From NCBI RefSeq assembly GCF_041660805.1, contig NZ_JBAZVP010000020.1, positions 3,681 through 67,680 of the forward strand: 64,000 nucleotides of DNA. Direction: 5' to 3'. Source of the DNA: Mucilaginibacter sp. (GTDB lineage Bacteria; Bacteroidota; Bacteroidia; Sphingobacteriales; Sphingobacteriaceae). Position numbers and translations under genes: made by a program. Below the pieces are notes generated by a model, which searched no databases, was not told where the DNA came from, and saw nothing but the letters and a program-made list of their open reading frames with translations. Of this stretch, positions 11,808 through 23,287 are shown piece by piece (within the stretch, counting starts at the first letter, position 1; the number at the start of each line of letters is the position of its first letter).

Positions 11808-11989
11808 TGCTTTATTGTGTGGTTTCCAAAAATATTAATTATTTATAAGCCTCTCAAAATTAATATAATTCCTGAAAAGGACTTATGGGGCAAAGCATGA
11901 TTTTGACAAAATGACGGATTGAATACATTTTAAATGCCAATTGTTCAGAAAACAATGTGTGGCAAACGTTTTGAGCGGATATTAGTACT

Positions 11990-14581
11990 ATGAATTTTAA
12001 CAACTTTACCATAAAAGCACAAGAGGCCGTACAAAAGGCATCTGAAATTGCAACCGGTAATCAACAACAAGCCATTGAAACCGCACATTTGCTAAAAGGG
12101 CTGTTACTGGTTGATGAAAATGTTATTACTTACCTACTAAAAAAATTAAACGTTAACCTTAATAGGTTAAATGATATACTGGATACACAGATCTCGTCTT
12201 TCCCAAAAGTTAGCGGAAGCAATGTTTATCTGTCATCAAACGTAAACTCTGTTTTACAGAAAGCAACAGGCTATTTAAAGGAATTTAAAGATGAGTTTGT
12301 ATCTGTAGAGCACATTCTGCTGGGCATTTTATCTGTGAACGATAAAACATCGGAAGCTTTAAAAGACTTTGGAGTGAACGAAAAAGATCTGAAGAAAGCT
12401 ATTGTTAGTTTGCGCGGCGATAACAAGGTAACCGACCAGAATGCCGAAGCTACTTATAACGCGCTAAATAAATACGCACGTAACCTAAACGAGTACGCGG
12501 AATCGGGCAAGCTTGATCCTGTTATTGGTCGTGACGAGGAAATTCGCCGGGTTATACAGATCTTATCGCGCCGTACAAAAAACAACCCTATACTGGTTGG
12601 TGAGCCCGGTGTTGGTAAAACCGCTATTGCCGAAGGTATTGCCTTCAGGATAATAAAAGGTGATGTACCCGAAAGCCTGAAAACCAAAACCGTTTACTCG
12701 CTGGATATGGGCGCGCTTATAGCTGGTGCCAAATACAAAGGCGAATTTGAAGAGCGCCTAAAAGCCGTTATAAAAGAAGTTATACAAAGCGATGGCGAGA
12801 TAATACTGTTTATTGACGAGATACATACCCTGGTTGGTGCAGGAGGTGGCGAAGGTGCTATGGATGCTGCAAACATCCTGAAACCGGCCCTTGCCCGCGG
12901 CGAATTAAGAGCTATAGGTGCAACAACCTTAAATGAATATCAGAAGTACGTTGAGAAAGATAAGGCGCTTGAACGCCGTTTTCAGAAAGTAATGGTTGAT
13001 GAACCTGATACTGCCGATGCTATATCCATTTTGCGGGGATTAAAAGAGCGCTACGAAGCCCATCACAAAGTACGCATTAAAGACGAAGCGATAATTGCTT
13101 CGGTTGAGATGTCACAGCGTTATATATCTGACAGGTTTTTGCCGGATAAGGCCATCGATTTAATGGATGAGGCTGCTTCTAAACTCCGTTTGGAAATGGA
13201 TTCGGTGCCGGAGGCCGTTGACGAACTGGAACGCCGCATTATGCAGCTGGAGATAGAACGTGAGGCTATTAAACGTGAAAAGGATGACAGTAAGGTTAAG
13301 GAACTGAGTGAAGAGATAGCCAACCTATCTGCAGAGCGTGATTCTTTACGCGCCAAATGGAAAGGCGAAAAGGACCTGGTTGATGGCATTAACCAAAAGG
13401 TTGAGCAAATTGAAAATTACAAACTGGAAGCCGAGCAGGCCGAACGTGCGGGTGATTACGGTAAAGTAGCCGAATTACGGTACGGAACCATTGTGGAAGC
13501 ACAGCAGGAGGTTGAAAAATTAAAAGCCGCTTTACTGGAAAATCAGCAGGATAGCCGCATGCTGAAAGAAGAGGTTACTGCCGATGACATTGCCGGTGTG
13601 GTTTCCCGCTGGACAGGCATCCCGGTTAGTAAAATGATACAAAGCGAGCGCGAAAAGCTGCTGAGCCTTGAAGATGAGCTGCACAAACGGGTAGCAGGGC
13701 AGGAGGAAGCGATTGAAGCTATTAGCGATGCGATACGCCGCAGCCGTGCCGGTTTACAGGATAAACGCAAACCAATTGGTTCGTTTATATTTTTGGGCAC
13801 TACAGGTGTTGGTAAAACAGAGCTGGCTAAAGCACTGGCTGAATACCTGTTCAATGATGAAAATTCATTGGTGCGTATTGATATGAGTGAATACCAGGAA
13901 CGTCATTCTGTTTCAAGGCTGATAGGCGCCCCTCCGGGATATGTGGGTTACGACGAAGGCGGACAGTTAACTGAAGCCGTTAGGCGCAAACCATACAGCG
14001 TAGTATTGTTGGATGAGATAGAAAAAGCGCATCCGGATGTGTTTAATATCCTGTTACAGGTATTAGATGATGGCCACCTTACCGATAATAAGGGCAGGGT
14101 GGTGAATTTTAAGAATACAATCATCATCATGACATCTAATATCGGCTCACATATCATTCAGGAAAACTTCCAGGAGTTAGAAGATGATAATAGGGAAGAG
14201 GTGATAGCTAAAACAAAAAATGAATTGTTTAACCTGTTAAGGGCAACCATCCGTCCGGAGTTTTTGAACAGGATAGATGAAATTATTATGTTCACCCCGC
14301 TGAGCCGTGATGAGATCACAGACATTGTTAAGCTTCAGTTTAAACAGGTGCAGCAAACCCTTGCCGAAATGGGAGTGACCATTGAAGCATCAGATGAGGC
14401 GCTGGATTGGCTTGCACAACTAGGGTACGACCCGCAATTTGGTGCAAGGCCGCTTAAACGTGTTATACAAAAGAAAATTCTGAACGAGCTATCAAAACAA
14501 ATACTGGCCGGTAAGGTAGATAGGGACAGCAAGATAAAGCTGGATATGTTTGATAATAACTTTGTGTTTCTAAACTCTTGA
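11990..14581 (+). CDS. clpB: ATP-dependent chaperone/disaggregase ClpB
   Basis: 863 aa. Clp N domain, two AAA+ modules (GEPGVGKTA, GTTGVGKTE), a long coiled-coil M-domain between them and a C-terminal GARPLKR motif. Confidence 0.97.
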   Translation: MNFNNFTIKAQEAVQKASEIATGNQQQAIETAHLLKGLLLVDENVITYLLKKLNVNLNRLNDILDTQISSFPKVSGSNVYLSSNVNSVLQKATGYLKEFKDEFVSVEHILLGILSVNDKTSEALKDFGVNEKDLKKAIVSLRGDNKVTDQNAEATYNALNKYARNLNEYAESGKLDPVIGRDEEIRRVIQILSRRTKNNPILVGEPGVGKTAIAEGIAFRIIKGDVPESLKTKTVYSLDMGALIAGAKYKGEFEERLKAVIKEVIQSDGEIILFIDEIHTLVGAGGGEGAMDAANILKPALARGELRAIGATTLNEYQKYVEKDKALERRFQKVMVDEPDTADAISILRGLKERYEAHHKVRIKDEAIIASVEMSQRYISDRFLPDKAIDLMDEAASKLRLEMDSVPEAVDELERRIMQLEIEREAIKREKDDSKVKELSEEIANLSAERDSLRAKWKGEKDLVDGINQKVEQIENYKLEAEQAERAGDYGKVAELRYGTIVEAQQEVEKLKAALLENQQDSRMLKEEVTADDIAGVVSRWTGIPVSKMIQSEREKLLSLEDELHKRVAGQEEAIEAISDAIRRSRAGLQDKRKPIGSFIFLGTTGVGKTELAKALAEYLFNDENSLVRIDMSEYQERHSVSRLIGAPPGYVGYDEGGQLTEAVRRKPYSVVLLDEIEKAHPDVFNILLQVLDDGHLTDNKGRVVNFKNTIIIMTSNIGSHIIQENFQELEDDNREEVIAKTKNELFNLLRATIRPEFLNRIDEIIMFTPLSRDEITDIVKLQFKQVQQTLAEMGVTIEASDEALDWLAQLGYDPQFGARPLKRVIQKKILNELSKQILAGKVDRDSKIKLDMFDNNFVFLNS

Positions 14582-14638
14582 TAATAACCAGGGTTTGGCC
14601 CATGGAGAGTGAAAATTATAACGCTATCATATATTAAA

Positions 14639-14675
14639 GGAGTTGCCCCGGAACGGGCAACTCCTTTTTTGTTTT
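14639..14675 (+). terminator. rho-independent terminator of clpB
   Basis: A perfect 10-bp stem GGAGTTGCCC/GGGCAACTCC (14639-14648 / 14655-14664) with a 6-nt loop, followed by TTTTTTGTTTT. Confidence 0.85.
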
Positions 14676-14837
14676 AGGTAATATTTTGATTGTTTTTTTA
14701 ATTAATAGTGTAAAAAATTAAAATCACAAAAACTTAACAATAAGTTAATCACATTCAACCGGTTAACTGTAACTTTTTTGTGGGTTTTAAACGTATAATT
14801 AAAAGTTAACTAAAACACACTCTCACAAAAAACATTT

Positions 14838-16445
14838 ATGAATTACTTTACTAAAATTAAATTTTCTGCGCTTGCTTTTATGGTGACCGGATTATTGATC
14901 ACAGGCTGCCAAAAATCTGAAGGTGTTAAAACTTCAGAACCGGTTTCTGTATTATCAGCTAATAGTACAGTTAGCATTCAGGCTGTATCATTAACTCAGG
15001 GATTTGAGGTTGGTGCAACCAGCCCCAAAACAGCTTATGATGTTTCGCCAAGCGGCTCATCAAGTGGAGACAACGTTACAATTTCAGGGAATTCATGGAA
15101 CATGTATGAGGCTTTGATAGGCAACTTAGCTGCTGATCAAAAAGCAGGCTCATGGTCGGCGCGTATGCGTAACAGCGGAAAAATTACAATGCTTTTTGAT
15201 GTAACTACCGGTATCAGCACAGTAACTTTAAAATCTGCAACTTACAGCGGTGATGTGGCAAGTACCTGGGGATTATTCTACTCGATAAACGGTGGCAGCA
15301 GCTGGACACAATCCGGCGCCGCAGTTACTACAACATCAACCCTAACATTAAAAACTTTTACCATTACCCAAACCGGTAACGTTAGGTTAGAGATCCGCAA
15401 ATTGAGCGGTGGCACAAACCGTATCAATATTGATGATATTACCATTAATGATAATGGTGGCGGTAGCGGTGGTACAGTACTTACCGGCAAAAAGTTTCTG
15501 TTTGATGCCAGTCACTTAGAAAATGCAGGCAGCGCCGATTGGCAAATTGATGCAGACGGTACCGAAAATGTTCCGATGTATACGGGCGGCACAACTGTTG
15601 AAACCAAAGCACAACGTTTTCCTACACCATCATATACTGGTATAACTTCAACTACTGCAGAGAATTACTGGAAAGGTGCTATGTCTGCATGGGCGGTTGA
15701 ACTGGTTAAAAAAGGTGAGTTAGTTGAATCATTACCTGTAGGTATAGCTATTACTTATGGCAATGCCTCAAACGTACAGGATTTGAGTAATTATGATGTA
15801 TTTGTAGTTGTTGAACCTAACCGTTTATTTACAGCTGCCGAAAAAACCGCTATTATGAACTTTGTATCGAACGGCGGCGGGCTGGTTATGATAGCTGACC
15901 ATACCGCAGCAACAACAGCAGGTACCGATGCTAATGGCTACAACCCATCAGATCGGGATGGTGATGGCTTTGATTCGCCCCGTGTTTGGAATGATCTGAT
16001 GACCAACAATGGCATCAACAATAATAATCCGTTCGGCTTCACCATAAATTATGTTGATATAAGCGAAGGCCCATCAACCAATGTTTACACAGGCGCCAAT
16101 GCCAATGCAGCAAAAGTATTGAACGGTGCGGCTGGCACAGCTTCAAAACTGGCTTTCTATAATGGAGCTGTTGCAACATTAACACCGGCAACAAATGCCA
16201 ACGTACAGGGCTTGTTTTGGCGTAATAGTGCTACCAATGGCGGTAACACTGGTGTTATGTCATTATTAGCAACGTATGGTACAGGCAGGGTATTCTTTGT
16301 TGGTGATAGCTCACCATCTGATGATGGTACCGGCGATACCGGCGACAACTTGTTTAACGGTTGGTCTGGCGATTCACCTTCAGGCTTTACCTCGCACCCG
16401 GCATTGCATTTAAACGGAGCGCTATGGGCTGCCAAGGCACAATAA
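14838..16445 (+). CDS. two-domain surface lipoprotein of unknown function
   Basis: 535 aa. Signal peptide with lipobox LITGC. A beta-rich N-terminal domain ends in NRINIDDITIN, followed by a GGGSGG linker. The C-terminal domain carries VVVEPNRLFTAAEKTAIMNFVSNGGGLVMIADH, a class-I amidotransferase-like/ThuA-like signature; that assignment is tentative. Confidence 0.55.
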   Translation: MNYFTKIKFSALAFMVTGLLITGCQKSEGVKTSEPVSVLSANSTVSIQAVSLTQGFEVGATSPKTAYDVSPSGSSSGDNVTISGNSWNMYEALIGNLAADQKAGSWSARMRNSGKITMLFDVTTGISTVTLKSATYSGDVASTWGLFYSINGGSSWTQSGAAVTTTSTLTLKTFTITQTGNVRLEIRKLSGGTNRINIDDITINDNGGGSGGTVLTGKKFLFDASHLENAGSADWQIDADGTENVPMYTGGTTVETKAQRFPTPSYTGITSTTAENYWKGAMSAWAVELVKKGELVESLPVGIAITYGNASNVQDLSNYDVFVVVEPNRLFTAAEKTAIMNFVSNGGGLVMIADHTAATTAGTDANGYNPSDRDGDGFDSPRVWNDLMTNNGINNNNPFGFTINYVDISEGPSTNVYTGANANAAKVLNGAAGTASKLAFYNGAVATLTPATNANVQGLFWRNSATNGGNTGVMSLLATYGTGRVFFVGDSSPSDDGTGDTGDNLFNGWSGDSPSGFTSHPALHLNGALWAAKAQ

Positions 16446-16486
16446 GTAAGAATTTTTTAGTTTCAGTTTTCGTTAAATAGTGTGAG

Positions 16487-16516
16487 CGGTGAGGGTAAAA
16501 CCTCACCGTTTTTTTT
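16487..16516 (+). terminator. rho-independent terminator
   Basis: An 8-bp stem CGGTGAGG/CCTCACCG with a 6-nt loop, followed by T8. Confidence 0.8.
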
Positions 16517-16553
16517 ATCGCTCTTCTCTGCAACCTATGATTTACCGTGCTTG

Positions 16554-17387
16554 TTATTTTGCATCTATATATTTGTACACGTATTTAGTATCAGAAATGG
16601 GGCCACCATCTGTCGATGATTTGATAAGTTGTGTAATTGGATATCCTTGCTTGTTGTAAGTATATGTAGAGGTTCTAATTGTAGTGCCGGGAATGCCTAC
16701 ACTGGTTTCTTTTAATTGATCATTTTTATTTGCAAAAGTGATGCCTGGTAATCTCCACTTATATCCTGTGTAAATGAATGGGTTTTTATTTATGCCATAC
16801 TCAGTGTTTGTGGTATTACTTACTTTTCCTCCAGATTCCGGAGGGAATAACATTATCTGTGATGTTGAATTTTGATTTTCATAAATGTATTTTGATGTTG
16901 TTCCTTCTTTTTCAGGAAGTGTCGCTGAAGAAAATTCTGTCCAGTCTGTTATTTGTGAACCGTTGTTCTTTAATTTTATAATCAAGTTGTTTTTTGGATT
17001 TGATGCATCAGCGTAGGTGACTAATACCGGTATTTTGTTCTCATAAGAGAAGTCGTATGTTGCTATTGTACGATCTGTGGTGACGACAGATCTAATTAGT
17101 TTATTTTCATCGTCGTAGGTGTAAAGATAGTCGGCATCGGTAATGGTACTTCCACTTGCTCTTAAATGCAGATCAATAAGCCTGTTTTTATTATCGTAAT
17201 TGTAGTCGAATTTATTTACCCCGGTACCAATATAAAGAGTTACGCTATCGATAAGCTGTTTGTCAGATATTGGTTCCATATCATCCTTCGTAGTGACTGG
17301 TATTATAGTGTGCTCAAATGTAGGCGTGTCTTTTGAGCAAGATATTAGTAATATTAATGTCGTTGTAAGAAGGAATAGCTTTTTCAT
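16554..17387 (-). CDS. lipoprotein of unknown function
   Basis: 277 aa. Signal peptide with lipobox (LLISCS). Repetitive Y/T/N-rich beta-like sequence with no recognisable catalytic motif. Confidence 0.55.
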   Translation of the reverse strand: MKKLFLLTTTLILLISCSKDTPTFEHTIIPVTTKDDMEPISDKQLIDSVTLYIGTGVNKFDYNYDNKNRLIDLHLRASGSTITDADYLYTYDDENKLIRSVVTTDRTIATYDFSYENKIPVLVTYADASNPKNNLIIKLKNNGSQITDWTEFSSATLPEKEGTTSKYIYENQNSTSQIMLFPPESGGKVSNTTNTEYGINKNPFIYTGYKWRLPGITFANKNDQLKETSVGIPGTTIRTSTYTYNKQGYPITQLIKSSTDGGPISDTKYVYKYIDAK

Positions 17388-17539
17388 ATAGATAGTGCTG
17401 GTTTAGTGTTCAGGGTTTAGATCAAAAGTTTTGAATATATAATAAATAGCTATCATCAACAAACTAACTAAAACAACCTTTCTGCTTTGGGGTTTAAAAG
17501 GATATAATCCAGATCACAATAAAATTAAACATCTGAAAC

Positions 17540-17884
17540 ATGAAAAATTTTGAAACCTTAGTGGATGCCACTAACGACTTAACCAAAAGAGGATATACGG
17601 CTAATTTAAGCCTTGAAGGCGATACCATAGATGATAAATCACAGGATGTTCATATGACCGCTGACGATTTTGAAATAGATGAATTTTACCGTTTCGAGGG
17701 TCAAAGCAACCCCGATGACATGGCCATAGTTTACGGTATCAGTTCATCTAAATACAACTTAAAAGGGATACTTGTAAATGCCTATGGTGCGTATGCTAAT
17801 GACAGTTCATCAGCTATACAAGCCAAATTACACCATAATCAGGTTAGTGATAACCTGCATGGCAGCGACAGGCCAACTCAATAA
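17540..17884 (+). CDS. small conserved hypothetical protein
   Basis: 114-aa ORF with an ATG start in an otherwise empty interval. No motif recognised. Confidence 0.45.
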   Translation: MKNFETLVDATNDLTKRGYTANLSLEGDTIDDKSQDVHMTADDFEIDEFYRFEGQSNPDDMAIVYGISSSKYNLKGILVNAYGAYANDSSSAIQAKLHHNQVSDNLHGSDRPTQ

Positions 17885-17896
17885 ACTTGCAGTTAC

Positions 17897-17927
17897 CAGT
17901 GGGCAGTTTTATGCATGCTGCCCACTG
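17897..17927. terminator. hairpin between convergent genes (possible bidirectional terminator)
   Basis: A perfect 10-bp stem CAGTGGGCAG/CTGCCCACTG with an 11-nt loop. There is no clear U-tract on either strand. Confidence 0.35.
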
Positions 17928-17935
17928 CAAACTGC

Positions 17936-18499
17936 TTACTGCAAACGTGCTAAAAGATCTCTTCCTTTTGATTGTATTGCCGGGCTTCCGGTGCGCATCA
18001 TAAATTGTATCTGATTGGCCAGTTCTTCGGCTATCCAGTTGTAGCGTGGGCTTAAATTAAACAAGGTATCCGCAGCAAAAGCCTTAACTGCTACTTTTAC
18101 TTTCGGATCTATTATCCAGTCGAAAAACTGTTCTACAACATCTTCCAGATCAAGCGATTGTAGCTTTAATTTTATGGATTCGGATGCATTGGGTGCTGTT
18201 AAGTGCATCATTATGCGCGCGTATTGCCTTTTGCAGCTTTCATTACTTACATCTTTTATCCGTTTAACTAAATATTCTAAATTTTGTATGTATAACTCAG
18301 GATTATATAAAATAGTAACATCCAATAACCATGCAGCCCTAAAGGCAGTTTGTTTATCGGGATGAAAGGTAATATCTATCATTTCATTCAAATCAAAATC
18401 CTGTGCTCTCAGTGTGGCAGATAGCCTTTCAATATACCCCCTGGTAGGGTCTGCCTTTAGTTGTTTTATCAACTCTTCCTTTGTGAATTTGCTATTCAT
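17936..18499 (-). CDS. helical-repeat (HEAT-like) hypothetical protein
   Basis: 187-aa ORF with an ATG start and all-helical-looking sequence. No catalytic motif. Confidence 0.5.
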   Translation of the reverse strand: MNSKFTKEELIKQLKADPTRGYIERLSATLRAQDFDLNEMIDITFHPDKQTAFRAAWLLDVTILYNPELYIQNLEYLVKRIKDVSNESCKRQYARIMMHLTAPNASESIKLKLQSLDLEDVVEQFFDWIIDPKVKVAVKAFAADTLFNLSPRYNWIAEELANQIQFMMRTGSPAIQSKGRDLLARLQ

Positions 18500-18570
18500 T
18501 TATAAAATAAATTTATAAAAACTTTCTTTTATCTCATTGGCTTATAATTAATACCAATATAAACTATGTC

Positions 18571-18876
18571 ATGTCAGTAAAGCAAAAAGCAAAAAAGAGT
18601 GTAAAAAAATGGTCGGCCCGCGTAACCGATACAAGTAATGCGCTTGATCTTGAAAATAATGTATTCAAATCAAAAGATCCTGAAGAAATAGCCGAATCAT
18701 TAAAAGAATCGGCCGATAATAGTCATCGACGTAAGGGTTCGCCTTTCCAAAGTGCTATGTCCATGCTTAACTTTTACATTAACAGGGCGGGCAAAAACCT
18801 TACAAAAACACAAAAAAAGCCATTAGAGCGGGCAAAGAATAAATTGCGCAAACTGTATGGCCGGGAAGAAAAATAG
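18571..18876 (+). CDS. DUF3175-like small basic protein
   Basis: 101 aa. The lysine-rich termini and central SAMSMLNFYINRAGKNL resemble DUF3175 as I recall it. Confidence 0.55.
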   Translation: MSVKQKAKKSVKKWSARVTDTSNALDLENNVFKSKDPEEIAESLKESADNSHRRKGSPFQSAMSMLNFYINRAGKNLTKTQKKPLERAKNKLRKLYGREEK

Positions 18877-18963
18877 CGTCAGTAAATTGCAACATTGCTA
18901 AGCCTTTTGGCGTCTTTAACCTTTATAACAGTAAGAATAATTATATCCTTTAAACAAAAATTA

Positions 18964-18971
18964 TACATTTG
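18964..18971 (+). promoter_or_regulatory. candidate -7 promoter box TACATTTG for the M16 peptidase operon
   Basis: Matches TAnnTTTG, 26 nt upstream of the ATG at 18997. Confidence 0.35.
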
Positions 18972-18996
18972 CTGACCGTAAATTAATCGTAAATAA

Positions 18997-20265
18997 ATGG
19001 TTAAATTCAATAGATTTAAGTTAGACAATGGCCTGCGCGTTATTGTTCACGAAGATAATACTACCCCAATGGCAGTGCTAAACATTTTATACGATGTTGG
19101 CGCCAGGGATGAGGACCCTGAGCAAACCGGCTTTGCTCATTTATTTGAGCACCTCATGTTTGGCGGCTCTGTAAATATTCCAAACTACGATGGCCCGTTG
19201 CAGCGGGTAGGTGGCGAAAATAACGCCTTTACCAGCAATGATATTACCAACTATTATATCACCCTGCCATCGGCCAATTTAGAAACTGCTTTTTGGCTGG
19301 AAAGTGACCGTATGCTAAGCCTTGCGTTTAGTGAGAAAAGCCTTGAGGTACAGCGTAATGTGGTTATAGAAGAGTTTAAACAACGCTACCTTAATCAGCC
19401 TTACGGCGATGTTTGGTTAAAGCTAAGGCCAATGGTATATAAAAGCCATCCGTACCAATGGGCTACAATTGGTAAAACCATCAAGCATATTGAGGATGCT
19501 AAAATAGAGGATGTAAGAGCCTTCTTTAAAAAGCATTACAACCCGCAAAATGCTATTATGGTAGTTGGCGGTGATGTAAAAACAGAGGACGTTAAAAGAC
19601 TGGCCGAAAAATGGTTCGGGCCAATACCTGCAGGCGAGAAGTATAACCGCGATTTACCGCAGGAAGCACCCCAACAGGAAGAGCGCCGCCAAACAGTTAC
19701 GGCCAAGGTGCCTTTAAATGATGTTTACATAGCCTTCCAGATGGAAGGACGTATGGATAAAAGTTATTATGTTATTGAACTGATGTCTGACATCCTTTCG
19801 CGCGGTAACTCATCACGTTTATACAAAAGTTTGGTTAAGGATAAGCAATTGTTTAGCGAAGTGCATGCCTACATTACGGGCAGTATGGATAGAGGGATGT
19901 TTGTGCTGGAAGGTAAACCATTAGAAGGCATAAGCATTGAACAGGCCGAAGCTTCGTTATGGCAGGAGTTGGAAAAGATCAAAGCTGAAGAAGTACCTGC
20001 GGATGAACTGACTAAGGTGAAGAACAAAACAGAATCGACCATGGTGTTCTCAGAAATGTCACTATTAGATAAGGCCATGAATCTGGCACATTATGAACTG
20101 ATGGGTGATGCCGAAGAATTTAACCATGAAACAGAAAAGTTTTTGGCTGTAACATCAGCGCAGATCAAAGAGCAGGCCAATAAATTATTCAGAAAGGAAA
20201 ATTCCTCCACACTGATCTATTTGGCCGAAGGCGTAGAAGAACCTACGGAAGTTGTTAACGAATAA
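18997..20265 (+). CDS. M16 (pitrilysin) family zinc peptidase, catalytic subunit
   Basis: 422 aa with the inverted zinc motif HxxEH present (HLFEHLMF). Confidence 0.9.
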   Translation: MVKFNRFKLDNGLRVIVHEDNTTPMAVLNILYDVGARDEDPEQTGFAHLFEHLMFGGSVNIPNYDGPLQRVGGENNAFTSNDITNYYITLPSANLETAFWLESDRMLSLAFSEKSLEVQRNVVIEEFKQRYLNQPYGDVWLKLRPMVYKSHPYQWATIGKTIKHIEDAKIEDVRAFFKKHYNPQNAIMVVGGDVKTEDVKRLAEKWFGPIPAGEKYNRDLPQEAPQQEERRQTVTAKVPLNDVYIAFQMEGRMDKSYYVIELMSDILSRGNSSRLYKSLVKDKQLFSEVHAYITGSMDRGMFVLEGKPLEGISIEQAEASLWQELEKIKAEEVPADELTKVKNKTESTMVFSEMSLLDKAMNLAHYELMGDAEEFNHETEKFLAVTSAQIKEQANKLFRKENSSTLIYLAEGVEEPTEVVNE

Positions 20266-20283
20266 TGCATCAAAATATATAAC

Positions 20284-21567
20284 ATGAGCATTTTAGATAG
20301 AAGAACAGCACCAGAATTTAACGGTGTAGATAATATAAACCTGATACGGCCACTGCAAACCAGGTTAACCAACGGATGTAATGTTTTTACATTTGATTCC
20401 GGCGACCAGGACCTGGTACGTATTGAATGGGTGTTTGGCAATTTGCGTTTCAACCCCAAAAAACCACTGCTGAACGTAGCTGTTAATACCATGCTTACCG
20501 ATGGTACAAGCAAATTAAATGCAGCACAAATTGCAGATAAGATAGACTTTTACGGTGCCTTTTTGCAGGTAGATTACAGCTACGATAATTCGCAGATAAC
20601 ACTTTATACATTAACAAAGCATCTTAAAACAACTTTAGATGTTATAAAAGATATCGTTACTGACTCCATATTTCCTGAAAAGGAACTGGAAACATTTGTA
20701 CGTAACCAGCAGCAAAAGCTGCAGGTAAGTATGCAAAAAAACGATTTTGTTGCCCGCCGTATTTTTAACAAAGCTTTATATGGCGAAACCATTTACGGTT
20801 TAGGTGCCGAGCCGGAAGACTTTAAATCGCTAACAAGGGAAGATTTGCTGGCTCATTTCAAACAAATGTACCAGCCATCTAACTGTACCATCATTATTGC
20901 TGGCAAGGCTGATCCTGAGATACTGGAAGCTGTAAACCAGGCTTTTGAAGGTGCCTGGGGCGATGTTACATTACCTGCTGATATTTCACAGCCCGATCTG
21001 GAACCATCTGCAGAGCGTTTCTTTTATTCGGAAAAGGCGGATGCCTTACAATCTGCTATTCGCATAGGTACGCCGTTTGTAAACCGTATACATCCGGATT
21101 TTCCGGCATTACAAGTTTTAAATACTGTTTTAGGCGGATATTTTGGTTCAAGGCTAATGGCCAACATCCGCGAGGATAAGGGTTATACTTATGGTATTGG
21201 ATCGGGCATGACTTCATTTAAACAAACCGGCGCGTTCTTTATCGCATCAGAGGTAGGTGCTGATGTTTGTAAATCTGCAGTAGAAGAAATAGAAAAGGAG
21301 ATTAATCTATTAAAAGAAAATTTAATAGATGAGAAAGAACTTTCTTTAGTAAGGAATTACATGCTGGGTGCTTTATTAGGTAGCCTGGAGAATGTTTTTT
21401 CGCATGCAGATAAATTTAAGAACCTGTATTTTGCTGGTTTAGATTACGATTATTATGATCGTTACACTCAAACCGTAAAAACCATCACCGCTGAAGAATT
21501 GCAAATTTTAGCAAATAAATACTGGAATTTTGCAGATTTCTACAAAGTTATAGTAGGTAAATATTAA
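20284..21567 (+). CDS. M16 family peptidase, non-catalytic partner subunit
   Basis: 427 aa with an M16-like fold sequence and no HxxEH motif. Lies 18 nt downstream of the catalytic subunit. Confidence 0.8.
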   Translation: MSILDRRTAPEFNGVDNINLIRPLQTRLTNGCNVFTFDSGDQDLVRIEWVFGNLRFNPKKPLLNVAVNTMLTDGTSKLNAAQIADKIDFYGAFLQVDYSYDNSQITLYTLTKHLKTTLDVIKDIVTDSIFPEKELETFVRNQQQKLQVSMQKNDFVARRIFNKALYGETIYGLGAEPEDFKSLTREDLLAHFKQMYQPSNCTIIIAGKADPEILEAVNQAFEGAWGDVTLPADISQPDLEPSAERFFYSEKADALQSAIRIGTPFVNRIHPDFPALQVLNTVLGGYFGSRLMANIREDKGYTYGIGSGMTSFKQTGAFFIASEVGADVCKSAVEEIEKEINLLKENLIDEKELSLVRNYMLGALLGSLENVFSHADKFKNLYFAGLDYDYYDRYTQTVKTITAEELQILANKYWNFADFYKVIVGKY

Positions 21568-21584
21568 AAGGGTTTATTATTGTT

Positions 21585-21640
21585 GAATTACGATTTTAGA
21601 GAGTTATACAAAGAAATCTCCTTATCTAAAATCGTAATTC
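21585..21640. repeat. 16-bp perfect inverted repeat GAATTACGATTTTAGA / TCTAAAATCGTAATTC (24-nt spacer)
   Basis: The arms are at 21585-21600 and 21625-21640. A third partial copy AAATCGTAATTCTA lies at 21673-21686, flanked by a duplicated AAATCCGAAAT. Confidence 0.8.
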
Positions 21641-21704
21641 TATCAACCAATTGTAATCATTATAAAAATCCGAAATCGTAATTCTAAAATCCGAAATAAA
21701 AATC

Positions 21705-21712
21705 TATCTTTG
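21705..21712 (+). promoter_or_regulatory. candidate -7 promoter box TATCTTTG for guaB
   Basis: Matches TAnnTTTG, 35 nt upstream of the guaB ATG. Confidence 0.4.
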
Positions 21713-21737
21713 CCCGGCAAATAATAACTCCAAATAA

Positions 21738-23216
<1,479 letters not shown>

Positions 23217-23246
23217 TTGATGTAGTTTAAATAATAATATTTTAGG

Positions 23247-23280
23247 CAGGTGGTTTAATGTTAAGCCACCTGTTTTATTT
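23247..23280 (+). terminator. rho-independent terminator of guaB
   Basis: Stem CAGGTGG/CCACCTG (extendable), followed by TTTTATTT. Confidence 0.7.
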
Positions 23281-23287
23281 TAAGGAT

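Noticed and set aside
12454-14532. Six minus-strand ORFs of 60-103 aa inside clpB (12454-12687, 12694-12876, 13120-13389, 13543-13854, 13948-14157, 14335-14532).
   Set aside because: They are Ser/Arg/Pro-rich shadow frames antisense to a full-length, motif-complete ClpB. There are no independent signals and the composition is typical of antisense translation.
17778-18014. A 78-aa plus-strand ORF spanning the end of 17540-17884 and the convergent hairpin.
   Set aside because: It reads through a 10-bp perfect hairpin and into the 3' end of the opposite-strand gene, so it is most likely spurious.
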